DNA of 62,780 nt, filler included, from Chrysochromulina tobinii (Eukaryota), in the NCBI GenBank assembly GCA_001275005.1. It is 6 parts of 6 records of this genome, joined end to end, with 100 filler letters (N's around TTAATTAATTAA, not from the genome) between each part and the next. Parts side by side here need not be neighbours in the genome. Positions count along the whole stretch, not along the records: positions 1 to 14,854 come from JWZX01000280.1; positions 14,955 to 24,796 come from JWZX01000282.1; 4 more parts are not named here. One strand, given 5' to 3'. The position numbers and the translations under genes are program-made. Shown one piece after another: positions 10,656 to 22,179 of the stretch (position 1 is the stretch's first letter; each line of letters starts with the position of its first letter). The notes beneath the pieces are model-generated. The model did no database searches. It worked only from the letters and a program-made list of their open reading frames with translations, and had not been told where the DNA came from.

Positions 10656-11246
10656 ATGCAGTCCGTTGCTGTCATCGCCCTTGCGCTCCTCGAGTCGGTC
10701 CAGGCCTTCCAGGCCCCGGTCATGCGCTCGCGCCCAATCTCGATGACGTACGAGAACGAGCTCGGCGTCATCGCTCCCACCGGATTCTTTGACCCGCTCG
10801 GCCTCTCCACAACCATTGACGAGGATACCTTCGCCCAGTACCGCACGGCCGAGCTCAAGCACGGCCGCGTGGCGCAGCTGTGCGTCATCGGCTACATCGT
10901 GCCGGAGATCTACCGCTTCCCCGGCGAGATCGCCCCGGGCGTCGCCTTCGCCGATATCCCCAACGGCGTCGCCGCCATCAATGCCATCCCGGCCCTCGGC
11001 TGGCTGCAGATGGTCTTCCTCATCGGCGCCGTCGACTACTGGGGTGTCCTCGGCGACTTCAGCATTGGCAAGCCCGAGCTCGACGACGAGGAGTTGGAGC
11101 GCCGCAAGCTCTGCGAGCTCCAGCACGGCCGCATCGCCATGCTCGCCACCCTCGAGCTCCTGCGCCACGACTCGCAGAACTTCGTCTCGCCCGGCTTCGA
11201 CGGCCTCGATAAACTCATCACCGGCCTCCCCTTCCTGTACAACTAG
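10656..11246 (+). CDS. Lhcf: fucoxanthin-chlorophyll a/c light-harvesting protein (Lhcf-type)
   Basis: signal peptide ending VQA-F, GFFDPLGL, ELKHGRVAQL, ELQHGRIAML. Confidence 0.95.
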   Translation: MQSVAVIALALLESVQAFQAPVMRSRPISMTYENELGVIAPTGFFDPLGLSTTIDEDTFAQYRTAELKHGRVAQLCVIGYIVPEIYRFPGEIAPGVAFADIPNGVAAINAIPALGWLQMVFLIGAVDYWGVLGDFSIGKPELDDEELERRKLCELQHGRIAMLATLELLRHDSQNFVSPGFDGLDKLITGLPFLYN

Positions 11247-12046
11247 GCGTCCAGCCTGGGGTCACGCCCACGGTTCTCCGCCATGCGTCATGCTAGCGCT
11301 CTCGATGCTTCATCAAGCCGATGCTCACATCAAGCCGATGCTCCAGGCGCGCCTGAAATAAAGCCTGAAACCTTTATTGGGAGAGAGAACACTGATGTCG
11401 GAGGACGCGCCGCCCTTCCAAGGTCCAAGGAATGGCATGTAATGTAGTACATACTCTGTGGTGTCCGTACATAAAAAAGGATGTTAAAAAAGGTTCGCCG
11501 CGGCTTATAGCTAGGACGATGTCGTTCGCGCTGTTCGATCCTTCCGTTCCCGGATCCCGCGCCGCTTCGCGGGTCGCCCCCGGCCGCCGAGACCCCGGAC
11601 CCACGTCGCCCTAATTACCTATACACATCACTGAACTTTCAATGACTTTTGACGTGACTTCAGACTTGAGCTTCAAAACCAAATTGGTTGCAGGTCTTCA
11701 GCGCTGTGTCTCGTTGCATAATCGTCATTAGTTATAGTAAATCGTCCGTGGTCTCGAGTCGGCTTCCTGCTCGAGTGGAGGGGGGGCGTGTACATCGCGG
11801 TCATGCGCCGACGGTGCCCCGGTGACACATGGTTGTTTGTGGGAGTGCGCGATGCCCCGACGCGTTCCGACGCGATGGAATGGTATGCCCAAGAGTGACT
11901 ACAAGCTCAGCCGCGCACACGGTCCAATGCGCGGGGCTACCCGGATGCGGGAGAGGTGTCGGAGGCCCCCCCCGACATGGGAGGGCAGGGACCTCGCTCT
12001 CGCGCGCACTGTGCCCGCCACAGCGCCCGCCGTGCGTTGTCAGAGC

Positions 12047-12161
12047 GCAGAGGGAGAGGAGGGGCAACGGTCGCCTGCCGCCATGCGCCCAGGACGACGC
12101 TCAGTGCACAGAGGGAGAGGAGGGACAACGGTCGCCTGCCGCCATGCGCCCAGGACGACGC
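12047..12161 (+). repeat. about 54-bp direct repeat x2
   Basis: cagagggagaggaggg(g/a)caacggtcgcctgccgccatgcgcccaggacgacgc duplicated downstream of the 12368 gene. Confidence 0.85.
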
Positions 12162-12367
12162 CATCGGCTGCCATCCCACCTCTGATGCTCGTTTGCATGC
12201 GGATCGTACGCACGCGCGCCGTTTCGGGCGCGCGGGCGGCAAAGGGTACACAGGTACACAGGTACAGCGAGTGCGCGCCAAGGCGCAGGCGCTCATCCCC
12301 TCGCAAGCACGCCCTCTCCCCCGTGCTCCCGGGGGGGATGCAAGCGGGGGTCCAGAGGGGGGGGCGC

Positions 12368-12641
12368 TCAGGGCCACGCCAGCCGGGCGTGCACACCCGT
12401 CGGTCCGCTCGAGAAGCGGCGGATGAGCATCGGCTCCGTGCTCTGCGTGCTCGCCGTCGCGTGCTGCTGCCTGCCGATCGCGACGCCAAGCAGCAGGGCA
12501 GCGGCATGGGAGGCGAGCAGCACGGCCACGATGGCGAGCGGACGGCCCCATGGCACGAGGCTCGGGGGCGCGGGCCCCCACCACATGCCGAGCGAATCGT
12601 ACTCCTCCTCCTCGTCGCTCACCTCCACCCCTCCCTTAGAG

Positions 12642-12677
<36 letters not shown>

Positions 12678-13390
12678 GCCGCCGCCACTGGCCCCGCAGC
12701 AGCGCCAGCGGACGGGAAGGCGAGCTCCGTGATGCCCTGCAGCACACCGTATTTGCGCGCGGGGCCTCGAGGCTCCTTGGTGAGGTGCTCGTGCTCGTAG
12801 GTGCACGACTCATCGGGCGCGGCGCACATCGCGGGCGGCTCCGACGGCGCGGCAAACGGCGGCCGCCCATCGTAAGACGCATCCGATGCAGCCATGCTCG
12901 GCTGCCCGTGCGGCGGCAACAGCGAGCACTCAGGTGAGAGGATCTCGGACATGGCGAGGGCGGCGACGCTCTCGCCCTCGTGCAGCAGCGAATCGCTCAT
13001 GTGCCGCGGCGAGAACTCGGGCGTCGCAACCGGCGACGGCTGCCAGGTCCATAATGAGGGTGTCGGTTGGGCCGGGTGCATGGGGAGCGCCCCCGCGGGC
13101 AAAGAATTGGCGTCCGCCGCGCTCCCGAGCGACCCCGTCTCGTTGGAGGGGGATGGTACATCGAGGACCGGGACCGAGCCCTCGCCGAGCAGTGAGTGCG
13201 GCACCATGCCCACCAAAGCGTCCGGATGCGTGACCGGTGGCCTGGGACCCGTGTCCTTCGGGTGGACCGGACTTGAGGGCGGCACGAGGATCCAGCTGTG
13301 ACCGGCCGGGTCAAAGACCTTCTCGTACGAGGATGAGAGCGCGTTCAACACGTCTGCGTCCTCCATTGCGTGGTGGCAGTTGGTCGCCAT
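12368..13390 (-). CDS. hypothetical disordered protein with C-terminal TM helix
   Basis: 340-aa ORF, Pro/Ser-rich, TM LAIVAVLLASHAAALLLGVAIG. Confidence 0.65.
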
Positions 13391-13575
13391 AGGGTGCAGT
13401 CCGTCTCCGTCTTGGACGTCGCGGAAAAGAGTTGGACGGAAAGAGATGCACGATTTCGCGCCTTTTTGGAGGTCAGCTTCGTGTCGAGAAAGTCGATGTG
13501 TTCGTTGTGGCTGCCAGCCTCTAACCTTTCGATTTGTCAGGCTTAGAAACGTGACGAAACCGTGAGTCGTGGCCC

Positions 13576-14854
13576 ATGTCTATGGACCTCAAGGGCCTCA
13601 TCCCGAGCGACCTCATCTCGCGCAATGCGCGCGTGCGCGTGTGGTATGAGGAGGACGGCGTGAAGACGAGCTACGTCGGCACGGTCACCACGTACGCGCC
13701 CGCGCAGGGCATGTCCGTCTGGTTCGACGGTATGACCCGGCTCGAGCAGGAGTGGGTCGACGGCGACGATGAATGGGCATGGGAAGAGGAGCCGCCCGTG
13801 CCCGGAGCCGAGTCGCTGAAGTTGTCGGCGGTGCGATTGCACATGCGCGGGCCCACCATCAGCGAGATGATGAACATGCGCCTGCGTGGACTGCCGGTGG
13901 ATCCCGCGCCGCCGACCACAACGTTGAGGGTGCTGAGCGGGTCGAGCGTGTTGAGCAGCGGTGCGCACAACCCAAGCCCGCGCAGTTTCGGCAAGAAGGC
14001 GCGGCTGCTGGCGGCCGCAGCCGAGCTGCCGTCGTCGCCCGCCGCCGGGGCCTCGGTCGCCGCCGAGTCGACCTCTGGCGGCAAGCGAGCGGCAGCGGCA
14101 GCGCTGCCTGGCAGCTTCAGCAGCGCTCCGCCGCCAAAGGTGTCGCGCTCGGGTGCGCGCAAGCCGGCCGCGCCGGGCGCGTCGGACGGAGCGGACGCGG
14201 CGGCGGGCGCCGCTCCTCCTACCAAGTCGCCGAGCGCTCCGCGCGTCGCAAGTCGCAAGCCGGCGGCGGAGGTGGCCGACGCAGCGAGCGTTGCGAGGAG
14301 CGCCGTGCCGAGCGGTGCCCTGAGCGCCGCGGCGGCTGGTAGCGGCGGCAGCAGGCGCAGCAAAGGGGCGGCGGCCGGTCCGGGCGGCGCCGCCGCCGCC
14401 GCGCCTGATGGCACCCCTGGCAGCCTTGCTCGCTATGGCAGCCATGCTGCTGGCGCTGTGCCGCCTGCGTTGCATGCTGGCGATGGCACGGCGGGCACGG
14501 CGGAGGCGGCGGCGTTGGCCGCGCTGGCGGCCGCGCGTGCGAAGCGGCGCGCTGGGCCGTCCACATCGCCGCGACTGCTCGTGCGCGCCGACGGCGTCCG
14601 TCTGCTCGTGCCCGCGGCCAAGAATGACGAAACTGACGAAACGCTCCGAGCGCTCGGCTTTTGGGGCAAGGCAGGGTCGTACCCGCCCGATGCAGGTGCC
14701 AAATATGGCCTCTGTGCGCTCTCGGGACTGCCCGCGCGCTACCGCGACCCGCTCACGGGCGTGCGGTACGGCAACCTCGATGCCTTCAAGCGGCTGCGCG
14801 CAGAGCATGGCGAGCTGCAGGTGGGGGGGGCGGGGGTCGCGGGGGTCGCGGGGG
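13576..14854 (+). CDS. Tudor-like + YL1_C (Vps72/Ies6 C-terminal) domain protein, 3' truncated by contig end
   Basis: CALSGLPARYRDPLTGVRYGNLDAFKRLR matches YL1_C; N-terminal RVRVWYEEDG..YVGTV...VWFD is Tudor-like. Confidence 0.75.
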
Positions 14855-14954
14855 NNNNNNNNNNNNNNNNNNNNNNNNNNNNNNNNNNNNNNNNNNNNTT
14901 AATTAATTAANNNNNNNNNNNNNNNNNNNNNNNNNNNNNNNNNNNNNNNNNNNN
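14855..14954. other. artificial contig linker
   Basis: N44-TTAATTAATTAA-N44 (stops in all six frames). Confidence 0.99.
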
Positions 14955-16232
14955 GAGCAGCGGCAGCAGGTGCTCGTGCCGGCAAGTGCCAAGCAGCTGC
15001 ACCTCGCTCATCAGCTCATTGAGCCCTTGCTGGCTGTCCGCGGCCAGGCGCTTGATTGCCACCGGCCCCACCACGGGCCGCGACGGCAGCGCGTCTGCCC
15101 GGTACACTACGCCGAAGCCGCCCTCGCCCACCTTGCGGGCCGCCGCCCATTCCGCCGTCGCTGCCGCCAACTCGGCGAGAGGGACCGGCACAGGGGTGGG
15201 CGTCTGCCCGAGGCGTGGCTCTGCCTCGCGCCGTTGCACCTCGCGCCGCTCTGCCTCGCGACGCTGCGCCTCACGCCGCTCTGCCTCGCGACGCTGCACC
15301 TCACGCCGCTCTGCCTCGCGACGCTGCACCTCGTGCTGCTCTGCCTCGCGCCGTTGCACTTCGCGCCGCTGCACTTCGCGCCGCTCTGCCTCGCGACGCT
15401 GCACCTCACGCCGCTCTGCCTCGCGACGCTGCACCTCGTGCTGCTCTGCCTCGCGCCGCCGCTGCACCTCGCGCTGCTCTGCCTCGCGCCGCTCTGCCGC
15501 GCGACGCTGCGCCTCGCGCATCTCTACCGGTCGTGGCGGCTCATAGCTCGAACTGCTGCCTGGCTGCCCTCGTTGCACGCAGTGCAGATTGCCGCCCATC
15601 GGTAGCTGGGTCCCGCCCATGCCGCCAGGCAAGCCGCCCATTCCACCGGGTACAACGTACGGGTGCTGGCGTACGGGTAGCTCACTGCATGGGCTGGGCA
15701 GCAGATGGGAGTAGCCCTGTCTTGTCGCCCATTCTTCAAAGGCAGGGTCAGATCCAGCGCGGTATGAAGATTCAGCTCCAGAGCGGCACGAAGGAAAGGA
15801 TCCGCCCATCCCACCCCTCATGGCACCGCCCATCCCAACACTGCTGCTCGAAGACGGGAACCCACCTCCAGAGGCACCTCGAGCTGCTTCAACCTTGGCC
15901 ATCACCCCGAAGCAGCCACAAGTCTCTGCTATCCCGCCCGCCCCGCCAAACAGGCTGTTGCTCCCAAACCAACCCGATGTGCTATGTGAGTATGGGTTCT
16001 GCGGATTCTCGTGGTGCATGGCCTCTCCAACTTGCCGACCGCCAAGCTTATATAGCGCAGCGGCAAGCTCAGGGTCTTTCTCTCTTGCCCTCTTTCCTGC
16101 TTGGAGCAATTCACCCCCTAGCTTCGCCTGCTCCGGGTTCATCGGGACCTTGCCCGTCTTCGGCGACATGACTGGCGGCATCTTACGATTTTGAATTCGT
16201 TGTGTGAAAATCGAAGGACGTGGAATTTCCAT
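14955..16232 (-). CDS. IRAK/RLK-Pelle-like Ser/Thr kinase, 3' truncated
   Basis: LAELAAATAEW..RKVGEGGFGVVYRA..VAIKRL..QGLNELMSEVQLLGTCRHEHLLPLL; preceded by EAERREVQRR repeats (about 15220-15520). Confidence 0.85.
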
Positions 16233-16394
16233 TTCCACATCCCCTGGCCTTGTACATGTACCTTGACTGCCTGATTTTCATGGAACTGTCGATCGCGCTG
16301 TTTCTAGAAAAGGTCAGCTTTTGAAGTTTTTCGATGCGGGCGATCTCCGTCGTCGGTTGGCAGCAGCTCCACAGAAAGAGAGACGATCATACCC

Positions 16395-17684
16395 ATGGAC
16401 GCCATGGACTACCCGCGTTGTGGCGGCCCTCATGGTTGCGTCCTGCATGAATTTCACACTGGCACGTGCATTTTCGCTGCGCCTGAAAACAAACGTGCTC
16501 GCAAAGCGCCGGTCGCGTACGCTTCCGGCAGCGGCGCGCGCAAGCCAGCGGGCAGCAGCGCGCGCAAGCCAGCGGGCAGCAGCGCGCGCAACCCAGCGGC
16601 AAGCAGCGCGCGCAAACCAGTGGCAAGCAGCGCGCGCAAGCGCCAAGCGCGTGAAGGCGACTCGGATGACGAGGACGATGAGGACGACAAGGACGTTAAG
16701 GACGACAAGGATGAGGCGCAGAAGGGAGGGCCCAAGCAGGCGAGCAACGCTAGTAGCCGCAGCGAGCTGCGTGCCAGCGCACGTGACGCCCAACGGATGC
16801 AAACCGACGGCTTCGAGTATGTCCATCCCTCCTCCCTGCCAGAATCGTGGGCCTCGCTCGTCTCCGAAGCCGAGGCCGCGGTCAACGCCGGTCTCGACCG
16901 CGCACGTCTCAAGGACGGCCTTGAGTCCATCAACTCTCAGCGCCTGCAACTGCGCTTCCCTCGCTCAGACGCACTGCCCGCGCCGCTGCGCCGCGTGGTA
17001 GACGTGCTTCACGAGCGTATCGTGGCTTCGTGCGGTCGCGACTTGGCGACCTATGTACTCCAGGATTGCTATGCGCTGCTCACACCGGCCGATGAGGAGG
17101 GTGAGGTCGCACGTGCGCCGCAGCGCTGGCACCTCGACGCGGTCAAGCAATTCCCGGTGGCGGCGCTCCTACTGCGCGGTGCACGGGCCACCGAATTCGC
17201 TGCCGGCGCGTACTCGAACCTGTCGGCTGGTGTGAGTGAGCGCACGCTCGATTGTTGGTGCGCTCCCCTCCGGACGTTGAACACACCCACGTGGGAGGCC
17301 GAGTCGATCGAGGAGTGGGAGCACTTTGGAGGCCACCTGCACGCGATGGGGCTCGTGACAGGCGTCGACGTGGAGACGGGGGAGCCCGAGTGCGACTGGG
17401 ACAAGCTCGCGATCGCACCCGGCCCGACGGATACGGCGGTTCCGGGCTCCGCCTCCATCTTCTGGTCCAACAAGGTGCACCGCGGGCCGGGCACCGATCT
17501 GGGTGAGGAGCGGCTCGTGCTCTTCTGCTCGTGGCTGCCGCCAAGTGCCGCGGCCGCCAGCAAGCGTACCGGTGCCAAGAAGGAGTCCGAGACGGACTAC
17601 AGCTTCTACGACGTCCATCTCGAGCCCAAGCTGCGGCTGTCGAAGCGTGCCGTGCGCAGCCAGAAGCGCCATCGCGCGTCGTGA
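16395..17684 (+). CDS. hypothetical protein, possible 2OG-Fe(II) dioxygenase-like fold
   Basis: QRWHLDA (HxD), KVHRGP, ERLVLF; N-terminal C-x5-C-x5-H-x-G-x-C motif and SSARKP repeats. Confidence 0.55.
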   Translation: MDAMDYPRCGGPHGCVLHEFHTGTCIFAAPENKRARKAPVAYASGSGARKPAGSSARKPAGSSARNPAASSARKPVASSARKRQAREGDSDDEDDEDDKDVKDDKDEAQKGGPKQASNASSRSELRASARDAQRMQTDGFEYVHPSSLPESWASLVSEAEAAVNAGLDRARLKDGLESINSQRLQLRFPRSDALPAPLRRVVDVLHERIVASCGRDLATYVLQDCYALLTPADEEGEVARAPQRWHLDAVKQFPVAALLLRGARATEFAAGAYSNLSAGVSERTLDCWCAPLRTLNTPTWEAESIEEWEHFGGHLHAMGLVTGVDVETGEPECDWDKLAIAPGPTDTAVPGSASIFWSNKVHRGPGTDLGEERLVLFCSWLPPSAAAASKRTGAKKESETDYSFYDVHLEPKLRLSKRAVRSQKRHRAS

Positions 17685-18442
17685 GTGAGAGGAGCGCATT
17701 TGCGAGCGTGCACGATTGCGAGTGTAGGGGGCCTTCTTAGGAATCAGAGCCGCTACCGGCATTCAAATGTGCAGAACTGTGTATCAGTCAGTGTCCGCGT
17801 ACGGACTACGGTAGCACGAGCAGTCAGTGGCGGGTGTGCTCGGCTGTCGAAACTCAAACTGCCTCAGGTGGGGACTAACCAAACTCCTTTCAACGCTCAC
17901 ACCACAGGGGTTCAGCGTGGGCGCGCAATGCGTGGGCGGTGTGAATGCGGGCTCCACCCCGAGCGCGAGCTCCGAGCCAGAACCGACCCGGCTCTGAGCT
18001 TGCACATGCATTACGTTCTCGCTTCCAGGTACGTTCCTCAATTGCGGACACTCAGGGCCGACGGACCATATGTGATCCGATAATCCCACAGGTTTCACGG
18101 TACGTTGCCACTTACCCCTTATGAGTCCGCTTCGCTGAGCGACGAGGCCCGCCTCGTACGCCGTCGTGTTGTTGTTGTTGTCGCGTTGTGTTGTCGTGTC
18201 CCACGCGCCCAGAATTGGAGGCATTGTGGGGGGATGTCGTGATTTTCTGACTCTTCACATCCCAAACCGAGACCTGTGAAGCTAAGCCGGAAGGAAATGT
18301 AAGATTTCACACCCGACATGAACGTGATCGTACCGCCATTTGACTTGACTTGACTTGAATTGACTACCGTTCACAACAAGCAAGTGTGAAAACAGCGAGC
18401 GAAGACTCCCAAGTCCCAACGGCCTCAGTGACGGCCTATTAC

Positions 18443-20174
18443 ATGAGTCTCTCCGTCGCCCCTCCCGGCTCGTCGGCGGCCATTTCGCGGGCACTGATCC
18501 TCGAGGTGGCCGAGGTCGAGGACGAGGCCGAGATCTTCGAGCTCTCGCTGCACAACAAGGGGCTCCGCTCGATGCTTGGCCTCTCGCGGTGCGTGCGCCT
18601 GCGCGTGCTCGACCTCTCGTTCAATGGGATCCAATGCGTCGAGGGCCTCGACGCGCTGATCGACCTTCGCGAGCTACGCCTCTACGCGAACGAGCTCGTG
18701 CGCGTCGACGGCCTCGGTCGGTGCGTCAAGCTGCAGGCGGTGCTGCTGCACGACAACCGGCTCGGCACAGGTGGCGGGGCCAGCCGGCCAGGCACGGCGG
18801 CGGGTGGCGCGACGATCCTGAGCTGCTTCGCCGGGCTCACGCAGCTCGCGACGCTGCGGCTCGACTCGAACCCGCGATTGGGCACCGAGGGCCTCGCGCG
18901 GCTGCGCCTCGACCAGCTGCCAGCGCTCGCAGACCTCGACGTGAGCAGCACGCGCGTCGGCTCGGTGCTGCCCTTTGTGGCGCTGCGCTCGCTGCAGCAG
19001 CTGCGCGCCGAGCACAACGAGCTGCGCGAGCTCGTGCCGCTCGCCAGCCTCAGCCTGCTCGAGGAGCTGCACCTGGGGCACAATGAGCTGCGTGGCGGCG
19101 CGCTGGCGGCGCTGGCGGGGCTGGTGCGGCTGAACGTTCTCGACCTTGAAGCGAATCGAATCGAGTCGCTCGAGGCGCTGCCGCCGCTGCCGGGGCTCGT
19201 CGAGCTGAACCTCGGGAGCAACCGGCTGACCACGCTGCCGCCGCTCACGCTCGCCGCCGCTGCCGCCGCGCAAACGGCCGTCACGGCCGCGTCCGCTGCC
19301 GCGCTCGCCGCTCCCTCCGGCCTCTTCTCCGCATCGGCCGCGCTCTCGTCCGCCTCGCGTGCGAGCATGGGCCGTGGCGCCGGGCGCGGCTCGCGCGGCG
19401 GCGCCTTTGGCGCGAGCAGCAGCCGCCTCGGGAGCACGAGTACCATGCGCGCGGGCAGCCGCGGCGGGCGCGATGGCAGCGGGGCTGAAGTGCACTTACC
19501 GGTGAGCCCCGCCTCACCGTCGCGTCGGGTCAAGCTCCTGCCGCAGCTCGAGGTGCTCGACCTGAGCCACAACAGCCTGCTTACCCTCGAGAGCGTGCTC
19601 GCCCTCACGCGCAAGGCTCTGCCCGAGCTCGCCGAGCTGCGCCTCACCGGTAACGCCGTCTGCGCCGAGCCGCAGCTCGTCGCGGCGCTGCGCAGGCAGC
19701 TGCACACAGAGAAGCTGCTGCTCGACGAGATCTCGTTGGGCGAGCTCGCGGAGGCGGGCGGCGCCCATCCCGACGCGAGCGGTGGCGCCCATGACGGCGC
19801 CCGAGCGCTGGCCGAGGGCGGTGCCCATGACGGCGCGGCTCCGCCCGTGCCCACGACAGCGCTGTGGCAGCCTGCCGCCTTTGCTGGAGGTTCGCGCCCC
19901 GGGACGGCCTCGCGCCCCGGGACGGCCTCGCGCCCAGGGACGGCCTCCAGACCCGCCATAGCCGCATGCATGCGCCCGGGCTCCTCGCTGCCGTCGGCTG
20001 AAGGCGAGGAGCGCGGCGCGCCGATGCCGCTCATGCGCCCCCCGCAGAGCCGGAGGGGCGTCGTCGTTCCGATGCCCACCGAGCAGGAGGTCGCCTCGCG
20101 CACGGACGCTCTGCGATTGCGCATCGCCCACCTTCGTGAGCATATGAGTGCGGCCATCGCGCGCTCGGCTGCCG

Positions 20175-20205
<31 letters not shown>

Positions 20206-21772
20206 CGCCGCCACCGCCACCGCCGCCCTCTCCGAGAGGAGGACAGCGGCGGCGGCGGCGGCCGCTTCCGGCCGCGCACGTCACGGCGCCGGCATTGGTG
20301 CGTCGTCGTCCAGGCACCCCGAGGAGGACGAGGCCGTCTACGGCGACGAGGACGAGGCGCACGCCGCACTCTCGCTGCAGTGCGTCGTTGCGGCCGGCGC
20401 CATGGCCAACACCCCGGTGATTGAGGGCGTGAGTGAGGGCGTGAGTGAGGGCGTTACTGAGGGCGTGTGCCTGATGAATGATGAGCCCGAGACGATGCCG
20501 ACGGAGGCGGCGGCTGTCAACGGGCTTGCGCTGCCGCTGGTGCCTCCAAACTCACTGCACTCGCATCGTGAGGGCGTACCCTTCGCCTCGCTCGCGGCGC
20601 ATCGAGCGGCCTTCGTGCCAACAGAGGAAGAGGAGGAGACTCCAGCGGATGTGGCTGGTCTGCCATCGCCGCCCATGGCAGTGCAGAGCCGCGTGCTCGA
20701 CACAACGCGCCGCGTGGCCGCCCCACCGCCACCAGTGCCGCCGCCCATGCCTCCGGAGCTCATGGCGCTGCTCGACCAGCACGAGACGGCCCTCGCCAAG
20801 CGCCTCGGCCAGAAGCCACCGGCGCCTGTGAATGTGAATGTGAATGTGAATGTGGCGCCTCCAGCCGGTGGCGTGCTGCCGCCCGCTGCGCCCTCACCCG
20901 CTGCGCCCGCCAGCGCTGCCGCTGCCACGCCGCCGCCGCTGCTCCCGCCACAGGCCGCCGCCGCTGCACCGCGATCGGTCGCGCCGACCGATGTTTCTCA
21001 GACAGCGGCCGTGCCTGGGGGGGCGTGCCGCCTCGCCTCTCGCGGACGCCTCTCTGAAGCTCGAAGCTTCTCGCAGCGTACCACGATCGCCTCCGCCGAC
21101 GCCACCGACGCCAACCGTCGCGGTTACGCCGCCGCGCCTCGGACCCTCGCCCAGCACGTGATCGTCTCCGAAACTAACGAAGCTGACGAGCCCGCCGATG
21201 CGACGCTGGCGGACGAGGCGGACGAGGCCGGCGGCGCCGGCCTCAAGGTTTTCAATGACGGGCACGCGTGTGCTGCGGCGGAGGCTACGGAGGCCGCCGC
21301 GGCCGTCGTTGGTGGCTACCCGGCGCCGGCGCCACAGTCGGTGCGACCGATGTCGGCCCGGCGCGGCCCCCCCACTCAAGAGGAGCGCGCCGGCTATCAG
21401 AGCTTCAGGCTGCCGGGCAGTGTGAGCAGCGCAAGCGCCGCTGCTGCGGCGGCGGCGGCGGCGGCGGGTGGTGCGGGTGGCGGTGCGGGTGGCGGTGCGG
21501 GTGGCGGAGTGAGCACCCCTCGGAGTGCGGCGGCGGCGGCGGTGGCGAGCCCGTCAGTTTCGTCAGTTTCGTCAGACAAGGCGGTGGCGACCCCGTCGGG
21601 CAGGCCGGGCACGGCCTCCTCATGCCCTGTCAGCGCACGCCCTGGCAGCGCGACAGCCTCGCGGCCAGGCAGTGCGCGAGGTGGCGGGCCGCTGCTGCCG
21701 CTCGCGCGCGCCCCGCTGCGCACGCAGCCACTGCAGCCGAAGCAGCGCGAGGTGGCAGCGCCGGTCAAGTGA
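18443..21772 (+). CDS. SDS22-like leucine-rich repeat protein with long disordered tail
   Basis: about 10 LxxLxLxxN repeats; RPGTAS repeats typical of ciliary proteins; intronless ORF. Confidence 0.85.
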
Positions 21773-22179
21773 TTGCTACACTCGCGGACCCATGAGACCC
21801 GAGTCCGTCCTACGCCGCCGACGGCACGCACGCCGTCTGCGGTCGGGTGGCTGGCCTCTGCCCCGCTCTGGGTGTGTTCTTAATGACGCGCGTTAAAACG
21901 GGTCGGTACCCGCCCTTCTGTCCCACGTCGGTGCGCGCTCTATACGCAGGCCGTCGCACGGCCGCAAAACCGTTTTTTACATTCTGATTTTTACATCCAC
22001 GCATTTTACATTCTGATTCCTCAACGCCAGCTGCGGGGGGCTGTTCGGACGGAAAGTTCTAACTTCTATTTTGAGTAGTACTGAGTATTCTGTCGACCGT
22101 GTCCAGCTGTGGTGTAGGATGCTATAGTAGTAGCCGCGCCAGCGCCGCTTGGCGGTGCTCTTGGTCAGCGTCGGGCTGC

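Noticed and set aside
18589..21896. Many long overlapping or antisense ORFs here and throughout the window
   Set aside because: Shadow ORFs expected at high GC; Arg/Ala/Pro-rich with no motifs.
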